From the NCBI GenBank assembly GCA_017649945.1, contig JAGCFU010000080.1:220-64219 (forward strand): a stretch of 64,000 bases of DNA, in the 5' to 3' direction. Below are positions 29,017 to 36,740 of the stretch, one piece after another. The notes below the pieces were generated by a model. That model was not told the origin of the DNA, made no database searches, and saw nothing but the letters and a program-made list of their open reading frames with translations. Origin of the DNA: Bacteroidales bacterium (GTDB lineage Bacteria; Bacteroidota; Bacteroidia; Bacteroidales; F082). A program made the translations under genes and the position numbers. The first letter of the stretch is position 1; every line of letters begins with the position of its first letter.

Positions 29017-29997
29017 ATGTTTATAGGAGAGCTGATAGCTTTGTTTGTTGCCGTTTCGTGGACCGCCACCGCCTTGTTTGCGGAGGTCGGCTCGAAACAC
29101 ATGGGCTCTCTGCCGTTCAACACCATCCGCATGACGATGTCGCTGCTTTTTCTCGTGCTCACTCTGTGGCTCGTGATGGGCGTCCCTTATCCTCGTCATG
29201 CTGATGGTGGAACATGGCTGTGGCTGATTCTCTCAGGCTTAGTGGGCTATGTCATCGGCGACTACTGCCTGATGCAGGGATACATATATATCGGCTCGCG
29301 TTTTGGCCAGCTTTTCATGACGCTGTCGGCACCGACGGCGGCTCTCACCGGAAGGTTGCTGCTGGGCGAGCACATGCGCCCGATAGCTGTCATTGGCATG
29401 ATTATAACTGTAAGCGGTATCGCACTTTCGATACTCTCAAAAAGTGATGATTCTGAACACCGAACCTTGCATTTCAAGTTTCCTGCAAGAGGTATCTTCT
29501 ACGCTGCGATGGCCGGAATCTGCCAGGGTTTCGGGTTGGTGCTAAGCAAAGAAGGACTGACGCATTACGACGCGGCGCTTGAGGCTTTGAACATCGCGCA
29601 AGACTCTGTTTTTGAAGGCGCTATACTGCCGTTGCCGGTGAGCATCAGCGTGCCGTTTGCAGCGACCACAATACGCGCTTATATCGGCCTGACGGGTTTT
29701 TTCTTGGCTTTGGTGCTGTTCAATAAAGACGGCCTGGCGCAGTTACGTCATGCTGTCAACGACCGAAAGGCGATGTGGTGTGCGCTGGCATCCACAGTCT
29801 TCGGCCCGTTCATCGGAGTCAGCGCTTCGTTGCTTGCCACGCAGTACACCTCAACAGGTATCGCGCAGACGCTCTTCGCCCTCACGCCAATCCTCATCAT
29901 CGCTCCGGCGGCGATACTTTTCCATCAGAAAGTCACCGTCCGCGAAGTCATCGGCGCAATTATCAGCGTCGCTGGCGTCTGTTTGTTTTTTGTTTAA
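29017..29997 (+). CDS. EamA/DMT-family transporter
   Basis: 326 aa, about 10 hydrophobic segments, duplicated EamA-like halves. Confidence 0.7.
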   Translation: MFIGELIALFVAVSWTATALFAEVGSKHMGSLPFNTIRMTMSLLFLVLTLWLVMGVPYPRHADGGTWLWLILSGLVGYVIGDYCLMQGYIYIGSRFGQLFMTLSAPTAALTGRLLLGEHMRPIAVIGMIITVSGIALSILSKSDDSEHRTLHFKFPARGIFYAAMAGICQGFGLVLSKEGLTHYDAALEALNIAQDSVFEGAILPLPVSISVPFAATTIRAYIGLTGFFLALVLFNKDGLAQLRHAVNDRKAMWCALASTVFGPFIGVSASLLATQYTSTGIAQTLFALTPILIIAPAAILFHQKVTVREVIGAIISVAGVCLFFV

Positions 29998-30008
29998 AAC
30001 CTTAGATT

Positions 30009-30593
30009 ATGACCGAGCGCCATCCGTTGCAACCCTTTCTTCCAGCAAATGCTAAAGTGCTGTTTTTAGGCAGTTTTCCGCCGCCGAAGAAGCGCTGGTG
30101 CATGGACTTCTTTTACCCGAATTTCATGAACGACCATTGGCGTCTGGAAGGCGAGATTTGGTTTCACGACAAGAACCATTTCATCGATTTGGAGTGTAAA
30201 TGCTTTAAAAAAGATGAGATAATCGCATTTTTACATGAAAAAGGAATAGCGTTTTTCGACACTGCAATGGCTGTAAACCGGTTGAAAGACAACGCTTCAG
30301 ATGCGTTTCTTGAAATAGTTGAGAGAACCGACATCAGAGTTTTATTGGCGAAGATGCCACAATGCAAAGCCATTGCCACGACAGGGGAGAAGGCTACCGT
30401 TGAAGTCTGTGAATATTTCAATATCAATGATATTCCGGCGCCGAATAGCAAAATCACATTGGAAAACGACCTCGTTTTATATCGTTTGCCATCATCATCG
30501 CGAGCTTATCCGCTGGCGTTTGAAAAGAAAGCGGAGGCGTATCGGAAGATGTTTGAAGAGGTTTTAAGCTGCCAGCAGTGTCATAAACAGTAA
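30009..30593 (+). CDS. Uracil-DNA glycosylase superfamily protein (family 6 / hypoxanthine-DNA-glycosylase-like)
   Basis: Contains LFLGSFPP...FFYPNFMNDHW, which resembles the GSFPS...YY.HP.N.FW signature of this superfamily. The assignment is by motif only. Confidence 0.5.
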   Translation: MTERHPLQPFLPANAKVLFLGSFPPPKKRWCMDFFYPNFMNDHWRLEGEIWFHDKNHFIDLECKCFKKDEIIAFLHEKGIAFFDTAMAVNRLKDNASDAFLEIVERTDIRVLLAKMPQCKAIATTGEKATVEVCEYFNINDIPAPNSKITLENDLVLYRLPSSSRAYPLAFEKKAEAYRKMFEEVLSCQQCHKQ

Positions 30594-30830
30594 AACAAAC
30601 AATGCTATTGTAACAATCGCCAGTATGCTTCCGAGGCAGCCCCAGTTTCGGTCGCCATCAGGCAGCTTATCCGATAAAAGGCAGAAAATCAAGCCGATGA
30701 AAGGTGTGAACAGCACCGACAGGAAGAACGTCCAGCCGAAGCCTATTCTGCGTCTTGCGCCGAGCAGTCCCACCAAAGCGGCGACAAAAGTGTCAGAGAT
30801 AAGACCGAAAAGTAATAATGTGAAAGCCAT
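30564..30830 (-). CDS. Small hydrophobic membrane protein
   Basis: 88 aa with three hydrophobic segments. Its 3' end overlaps the convergent UDG-like gene by 30 nt. Confidence 0.4.
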   Translation of the reverse strand: MAFTLLLFGLISDTFVAALVGLLGARRRIGFGWTFFLSVLFTPFIGLIFCLLSDKLPDGDRNWGCLGSILAIVTIALFVLLFMTLLAA

Positions 30831-30873
30831 AATGTCATAATTTGATGCAAAGATAAAAACTATTTTTAAATAA

Positions 30874-31455
30874 TTACAAAATTGATAAAATTATCTCTTT
30901 CCCGATTTCCATTTTTGAGAAAGCGAACATTCTTTTTCCTAAATCTTTTAATGAAGCCCCGATGTGATATACTTCATTGTCAATAATCATAAATCTGTCA
31001 TGAGATTTATTGAACTGCTCAATGTTTATTGGCTGATACTGGGAATTGTGCTTTTTTAAATCCAGTTTAAGATTTTCAGAAATATGAGCTGTGTAGATTG
31101 TAGCGGAAACGTTGTCTTCTCGTTTGTTTAGAATTTTTAGAACCGAATCATCAACATAATTATCAATTAGTATAATTTCGTTCTTTGCTTTTCTTACTAA
31201 ATCAGAGATGAAGTTGTAGGCATCAAATATTTGTCCATCAAGTCGAACTACCGAGAAATTCTCGGAGGTTGAATCGGAGTCAATTTCATGTTCTTCATAA
31301 ATGTTTTTTAGATGTAAACTTATATTGTCTGTTGAACAGTCAAACAATATGGCCATTTGTGTTTGTGTCAGCCACACTGTTTCATCAGAAACCTTAACTT
31401 CAAGTTTAACGTTACTACTCTCTGTTTTGTAAACAACAACATTGTGATTATCCAT
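30874..31455 (-). CDS. RhuM-like N-terminus fused to a C-terminal domain seen on Bacteroidales ORF6N-type proteins (R-M-associated DNA-binding protein)
   Basis: N-terminus VVVYKTESSNVKLEVKVSDETVWLTQTQMAILF...LHLKNIYEE. C-terminus LIDNYVDDSVLKIL...SHDRFMIIDNEVYHIGASLKDLGKRMFAFSKM. The gene is AT-rich. Confidence 0.55.
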   Translation of the reverse strand: MDNHNVVVYKTESSNVKLEVKVSDETVWLTQTQMAILFDCSTDNISLHLKNIYEEHEIDSDSTSENFSVVRLDGQIFDAYNFISDLVRKAKNEIILIDNYVDDSVLKILNKREDNVSATIYTAHISENLKLDLKKHNSQYQPINIEQFNKSHDRFMIIDNEVYHIGASLKDLGKRMFAFSKMEIGKEIILSIL

Positions 31456-31504
31456 TATTTACAATTTTAAAAGATTCCAAAAATAGCGTTGAATTCCTTG
31501 GTTG

Positions 31505-31512
31505 CAAAATTA
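31505..31512 (-). promoter_or_regulatory. -7 promoter box (TAATTTTG) for 30874..31455
   Basis: Matches TAnnTTTG about 50 nt upstream of the ATG at 31455. Confidence 0.45.
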
Positions 31513-31621
31513 AGTCGTAATTCCTTATGTGTCAAGGATTTTAGTGTTAAATTTTGTTAACAAAAGTTGCGGAATTTTGGAGGAAATCTTAAAAAATTTT
31601 AACAATTATTATGCCTTTATT

Positions 31622-31798
31622 GGCCCCCGCTGCAGCCGTCCTAAGGCGGTGATCCTCATGGCGGGGAGTGCTTTCTGCTGAAAGCAAACGACTGGGCGCC
31701 CCGTCTTGAGTATCATCCGCTTAGTCCGGCTTTTAGGCCCTCGCTGCCCCGCAATCGGGCCGGGCCCCCGCGCCGCGAAGCGAAGTGGGGGCGAAGCC
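31622..31798 (-). repeat. GC-rich structured repeat, left copy (inverted relative to 43855..44030)
   Basis: Its reverse complement aligns end to end with 43855..44030, roughly four-fifths identical by eye. Several differences are paired across predicted helices. Confidence 0.85.
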
Positions 31799-32027
31799 AT
31801 GATGGAATGTGCAAAAAATGCAAATTGCTTTTTAAACCAATCTCAAAACTCATCGTTTAAATAGAATCTAATGTCAATTTTTCATCTTATTATTAAAAAT
31901 ATGTTTTCTATATTTGTTTTATTGCCTGCTTTTCATATAATGGCAGAGGTGCTATAATTAACAAAATGCAAAATAATTACACTGATATTTTTTTTCTGAA
32001 AAAAGTTGAAAATTGAAAAAAAATAAT

Positions 32028-32035
32028 TAAATTTG
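32028..32035 (+). promoter_or_regulatory. -7 promoter box (TAAATTTG) for the island operon(s)
   Basis: Matches TAnnTTTG 32 nt upstream of the ATG at 32067. A second match (TATATTTG) lies at 31909..31916. Confidence 0.45.
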
Positions 32036-32066
32036 CAAATCAAGTATTTTACATAAATTATATAGG

Positions 32067-33410
32067 ATGAAAAGCACTAACAATAAGAGTTTTAACGAGT
32101 TATCTTTAAAAAAAGATAAAGAAATGGTGTTTGACATCCATCAAAAAGAAAAGGTTCATGCTAAAAAAAGTAAAAACATTACACACACTGTAATAGATTT
32201 GTTCGCTGGCTGCGGAGGTTTGTCGCTTGGTTTATATCAAGCCGGTTGGGAAGGTCTTTTTGCCATTGAAAAGAATGCTTTTGCTTTTGAAACGCTTAAG
32301 TTCAATTTGATCGATAACAAGAAGCACTTCCAATGGCCTGAATGGCTGCCTCAAACCGAGCATGACATCAATGAAGTGTTGGAGAAATATCCGAAACAAT
32401 TGAGAGCATTGCGGGGAAAGGTGGATTTGGTAGCTGGAGGGCCTCCGTGTCAGGGCTTTTCCATGGCTGGAAAGCGTGTTGAGGATGATGTGCGCAATCA
32501 GTTGGTGTTTTCGTACATTAAGTTTATTGACTTGGTACAGCCGAAAATGATTCTTTTCGAAAATGTGAAAGGTTTCACTTATGCTTTCGATAAAGGGAAA
32601 TCGGCTTCTTCCGAGAATGAACCTTATTCCCACAAAGTGATTCGTGGGTTGGGAGATTTGGGTTACAACGTGAAACCCCATGTGATTGATTTTTCAGAGT
32701 ATGGTGTCCCTCAACGTCGCAAGCGTTTTATCCTTGTTGGGATTCGAAAAGAACTGGGTGCTCCTGATGGTTTCGAGGATTTGTTGAAAGCCAATCGAGA
32801 TTCATTCTTGGCTCAAAAAGGTTTGAAGTCCATCAATACCTTGCAGGATGCCATTTCTGATTTGCTTCGTTCCAACGGAGAAGTTTCCTCTCCTGACCGC
32901 AAAGGTTTTTATTCTGGAATATACGGCAAGAAGAAACTGACAGCGTACCAAAAACTGATGCGGGGCGATTATCCCCAAATGCACGAAATAGCGGATAGCC
33001 ATAGTTTTGCAAAGCACAAACAGGAGAAAATTACTTGTTACAAACGATTGTTGGCTGAATATCCAAAACGTGGCAAACGAATTGATGGGGAAGCCCGCGA
33101 ACAATGGGGCATCAAACAACGGGGGATCACCATTTTGGATCCCAATGTGGTTTCGCCGACCATTACCGGCAGTCCGGATGACTATTTGCACTATTCCGAA
33201 CCACGCATCATGACGGTTCGCGAATGTGCCCGCATACAGTCGTTCCCTGATTGGTACGAGATTAAAAAGAAATACACTACCGGTGGCAAGATGCGCAAGT
33301 TGGAAGTGCCCCGTTACACCCAAATTGGTAACGCCATTCCGCCACTATTTGCGGAGTTGGCGGGGAAAGTTTTATTAAATATGCTACGATATGGAACAGA
33401 TGCAGTTTAA
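32067..33410 (+). CDS. DNA (cytosine-5)-methyltransferase
   Basis: Motifs I DLFAGCGGLSLG, IV GGPPCQGFS, VI ENV, VIII QRRKR, IX TVRECARIQSFPD and X GNAIPP. Confidence 0.9.
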   Translation: MKSTNNKSFNELSLKKDKEMVFDIHQKEKVHAKKSKNITHTVIDLFAGCGGLSLGLYQAGWEGLFAIEKNAFAFETLKFNLIDNKKHFQWPEWLPQTEHDINEVLEKYPKQLRALRGKVDLVAGGPPCQGFSMAGKRVEDDVRNQLVFSYIKFIDLVQPKMILFENVKGFTYAFDKGKSASSENEPYSHKVIRGLGDLGYNVKPHVIDFSEYGVPQRRKRFILVGIRKELGAPDGFEDLLKANRDSFLAQKGLKSINTLQDAISDLLRSNGEVSSPDRKGFYSGIYGKKKLTAYQKLMRGDYPQMHEIADSHSFAKHKQEKITCYKRLLAEYPKRGKRIDGEAREQWGIKQRGITILDPNVVSPTITGSPDDYLHYSEPRIMTVRECARIQSFPDWYEIKKKYTTGGKMRKLEVPRYTQIGNAIPPLFAELAGKVLLNMLRYGTDAV

Positions 33411-35664
33411 AATAAGTTCATTTTTAAAAGATCTTATTGGACGAGAATTGATAACTGATGAATTCGTGGCAGTTTTCGAATTGGTTAAGAATTCTTTTGA
33501 TGCACATGCAAAAAAAGTAAAAGTTATTTTTGAAAATCAATATGACCCTACAAACGCCAGAATCATTATTTGGGACAATGGACGAGGAATGGACAAATCA
33601 GATTTACAAAACAAATGGTTATTTGTTGCGCATTCTGATAAAAGGGATGGAACGGAAGACAAAGATTACAGAGATAAAATCCAACACAAACGCACTTTTG
33701 CCGGAGCTAAAGGTGTTGGTCGCTTCTCTTGTGATAGATTAGGAAGATATTTAAATCTTATCTCAATTAAAGACGCACCTAATGCTTTAATAGAGAATCT
33801 CAAGATAGATTGGACTTCTTTTGAACAAGACTCCAACAAGGAATTCATAGATATTAAAGTTGAACATAATACTTTATCAGCAACAAACTATGAAGATTTT
33901 CATCAAGGAACTATTTTAGAGATCTCGGGGCTGCGAGATATATGGGATAGAGATAGGATTAAGAAATTGAAAGTATCATTAGAAAAGCTTATTAATCCAA
34001 TTCAAGGGAATGATGTTGACGATTTTGCTATTGAGATTATTGCTGACGATGAGTTATTACAAGATCAGAAAGAAAAAGATGATAGAGACAAGGTTAATGG
34101 TGTTGTTCGAAATATTGTCTTTGAGCGTTTGGGATTAAAGACAACACAAATTAAAGTGAGTATTACAAATCATGGTGGAACAATCACAACAACATTAACA
34201 GACAGAGGCACAGAGATATATACTTTAACAGAACGCAATCCATATGACAAATTATATGATATAGATATTGTATTGTTTGTTTTAAATAGAGCTGGAAAAA
34301 TCAACTTCAAAAAAATAATGGGTGTTGATTCCGTTAAATACGGGTCTGTCTTTATTTACAAGAATGGTTTCCGCATATATCCTTTTGGAGAGGAAGGTGA
34401 TGACACCTTGCAAATAGACCGACGCAAGCAACAAGGTTTCTATCGTTATTTGGGAACCCGTGATTTATTGGGACGTATTGAGATTAATGGCGAACGTTCT
34501 GATTTAAGAGAAACCACTAGTCGAGACGGTGGATTTATTAAAAATGAATCATGGAATCAGTTAGTTGAGTTTTTCTATGACAAAGCTTTACGCCGTCTTG
34601 AAACTTATACTGTGGGCATCATTAAATGGGGTGATGAAAAGTTTGACAAGGAAACTGGTGAAATTATTCAACCAGAACTAAAGCCCGAAGACGTTAAAGA
34701 CAAAATATTGGACATTATTTCTAATCTGACAAAAGCCAAAGAGGTAATAGATGTTCAATATAATCAGGATTTTTTAAAAATCTATGAATCTAAACAAGAA
34801 AAAAGCGCCACTCAACTTGTGAAAAATCTCACCCGCATGGCTGAAGAGACAAATAATCCACAATTTGTCAAACAAGCGAAAGCTGTAGAGAAACAAGTTA
34901 GCGAGATGAGACAATCCATTGGCGAACTTGAACGGGATAATGCCACCAAAACTGAAGAGAATAAAAATATTAAAAAAACTGTATCGCAATTACAAACAGA
35001 AAATTTATTCTTGATATCGGATGTCACAAATGATACCAAAGAGTTTAAAAGTTTGCATCATCACATCACGCACACTTCTGATTTGATTGCTGAATATATT
35101 TCCATTGCTATTGAAGCATTAAGTAAAGGCGACAACAAACGCGTGAAAGAATCGTTGCAATACATAGAAATAGAGAATCAGAAAATTTTGACATTATCCA
35201 ATTTCGTAAGCAAAGCAAAATTTGATACGAAAACAACTAAAATAAACGATGACATTATCAGTTTTGTTTACGAATACATAAACAATCTATATGTAATTAC
35301 TCATAAGAAACTAATTGTCAATGTTGAAAAAGCTTCGTTCAAATTTGTCACAAGGTTTGTGCCAATTGAAATGATAATACTCATTGATAATTTGCTGAAC
35401 AACTCTGAAAAAGCCAAAGCTCAAAATGTTTCGATAAGCTGGGTACTTGAGGAAAGCACCTTGACAATGCATTATGCTGATGATGGGCACGGCATTAAGC
35501 AAGAAGTTTTGCCACATGTATTTGAATACCGTTTTTCCACTACTAACGGAGGTGGTTTAGGATTGTATTATGTGAAAGAAATAGTTAACAAGATGAAAGG
35601 CTCGGTCCAAATTGATAACAGCAAGTCTAAAGGTGTGGAGTTTATTATAACTTTGAAGAAATGA
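33391..35664 (+). CDS. Cytoplasmic dual-GHKL protein: MORC/HATPase_c_3-like N-terminal ATPase plus a C-terminal histidine-kinase-like module
   Basis: N-terminal Bergerat motifs are ELVKNSFDA, WDNGRGMD and GAKGVGRFS. A coiled coil leads to the His-rich segment SLHHHITHTSDLI (aa 555-567). C-terminal kinase boxes are IDNLLNNSEKA, DDGHGI, VFEYRFST and GGGLGLYYVKEIV. No TM segment is seen. The start overlaps the MTase stop by 20 nt. Confidence 0.75.
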   Translation: MEQMQFKISSFLKDLIGRELITDEFVAVFELVKNSFDAHAKKVKVIFENQYDPTNARIIIWDNGRGMDKSDLQNKWLFVAHSDKRDGTEDKDYRDKIQHKRTFAGAKGVGRFSCDRLGRYLNLISIKDAPNALIENLKIDWTSFEQDSNKEFIDIKVEHNTLSATNYEDFHQGTILEISGLRDIWDRDRIKKLKVSLEKLINPIQGNDVDDFAIEIIADDELLQDQKEKDDRDKVNGVVRNIVFERLGLKTTQIKVSITNHGGTITTTLTDRGTEIYTLTERNPYDKLYDIDIVLFVLNRAGKINFKKIMGVDSVKYGSVFIYKNGFRIYPFGEEGDDTLQIDRRKQQGFYRYLGTRDLLGRIEINGERSDLRETTSRDGGFIKNESWNQLVEFFYDKALRRLETYTVGIIKWGDEKFDKETGEIIQPELKPEDVKDKILDIISNLTKAKEVIDVQYNQDFLKIYESKQEKSATQLVKNLTRMAEETNNPQFVKQAKAVEKQVSEMRQSIGELERDNATKTEENKNIKKTVSQLQTENLFLISDVTNDTKEFKSLHHHITHTSDLIAEYISIAIEALSKGDNKRVKESLQYIEIENQKILTLSNFVSKAKFDTKTTKINDDIISFVYEYINNLYVITHKKLIVNVEKASFKFVTRFVPIEMIILIDNLLNNSEKAKAQNVSISWVLEESTLTMHYADDGHGIKQEVLPHVFEYRFSTTNGGGLGLYYVKEIVNKMKGSVQIDNSKSKGVEFIITLKK

Positions 35665-36608
35665 GAATAAAATATAAGATACTCTGGGTAGATGATCGCA
35701 AGGATGAGTTCGAAAGGTTGTCTTATGATAAACGGATTATTGAATATGTCAAGAATCTGTTTTTCGAACCGCACTTAACATTCTGTGAGAATGTCGAGGA
35801 AGCTAAAGACATAATTAGTCATAATCATTTTGATGTCATTTTTTCAGATTATAACATCAATGATGGATCTTCCGGAGAGCAAGGAGACGGATTTATTTCA
35901 TATATTCGTTCCAGAAATGTGAATACTGAGGTGCTGTTTTATTCTGCCATGAAGGAATTGCCCACTTTAAAATTAAATCGTATAGTCTTTTTCTCGTTGG
36001 CGGGTTTGCAAGATGGTTATCGCAAGTTGTTAGAACAAATGGAAGGGCTCATATATCTCACAACGGAAAAACTACATGATTTGACGGCTCTGCGTGGTCT
36101 TGTTATGGCAGAGGTGAGTGAACTGGATGTCTTAATGGAACAAATCATTTTAGCATATTTCAATTCTCCAGAGAGAATGCGTACATTCCATGACCACATC
36201 ACAGCGAATCGAGAAGAAACTTGGCATAAAATGCTAAATTCTAGTACTCAGTGCGATAAGCAATGTTTTCACATATGGCGTGAAAAAGATCTAACAGAGT
36301 ATGTCAGCAAATTAGATTCTTCACAAAAAGCGCGTGCCATTAACATTGTGCTTTCAGATATTGACTCTGCTCATGCTATTTGTACAGATAGCAAATTTTT
36401 CAAGAACTATGATGATTCTATCATTCTCAATCGGAATAATTTAGCTCACTGCATTAGCGAAAAAGATAAGAATGGAAATGAAATCTTAAAAACATGGAAA
36501 GGAGAGAAAATATACAATGATGAAGAATTCCGCATTATGAGAGCGAATATTATTAAATATCACAACATGTTTACAACATTATTGACTACATTAACCGAAT
36601 CCGAATAA
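35661..36608 (+). CDS. Receiver (REC) domain protein with a HEPN-like C-terminal domain
   Basis: REC features are ILWVDDRKD (acidic pocket), FDVIFSDYNI (putative phospho-Asp D63), VLFYSAMKELP and K98. The C-terminal ~180 aa are helical and carry RNNLAH (R258-H263), which matches HEPN Rx4-6H. There is no HTH. The ATG overlaps the upstream stop (ATGA). Confidence 0.6.
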   Translation: MRIKYKILWVDDRKDEFERLSYDKRIIEYVKNLFFEPHLTFCENVEEAKDIISHNHFDVIFSDYNINDGSSGEQGDGFISYIRSRNVNTEVLFYSAMKELPTLKLNRIVFFSLAGLQDGYRKLLEQMEGLIYLTTEKLHDLTALRGLVMAEVSELDVLMEQIILAYFNSPERMRTFHDHITANREETWHKMLNSSTQCDKQCFHIWREKDLTEYVSKLDSSQKARAINIVLSDIDSAHAICTDSKFFKNYDDSIILNRNNLAHCISEKDKNGNEILKTWKGEKIYNDEEFRIMRANIIKYHNMFTTLLTTLTESE

Positions 36609-36740
36609 AGTATGGTTATAACAATATAATAGATTTTACAGTAAAACGAATAAAAAAGATTATGCATCAATTATGCCTATAGAACATTGCCCAGACCGCG
36701 ATTACTTGGCATATCATAGAGATAGAATTTTTAAAGGGAT

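Noticed and set aside
31741-31760. gctgccccgcaatcggg resembles the GCUGCCCCCGCAACUGU core of cobalamin riboswitches
   Set aside because: There is no B12 box (GCCACTG) and no GGGAA...GGUG.AA.UCC segment. The element is not upstream of a transporter or cobalamin gene and occurs as an inverted pair.
31609-31800. 63-aa ORF (MASPPLRFAARGPGP...) on the minus strand
   Set aside because: It lies entirely within the GC-rich structured repeat. The second copy of the repeat has indels that break this frame, and there is no promoter box or start context. It was treated as non-coding.
33391-36608. Calling the kinase/receiver pair a Detocs system
   Set aside because: Only the general logic matches. There is no stand-alone buffer receiver gene and no PNP-type effector, and both the sensor N-terminus and the coupling to an MTase differ. 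It is kept as an analogy, not an assignment.
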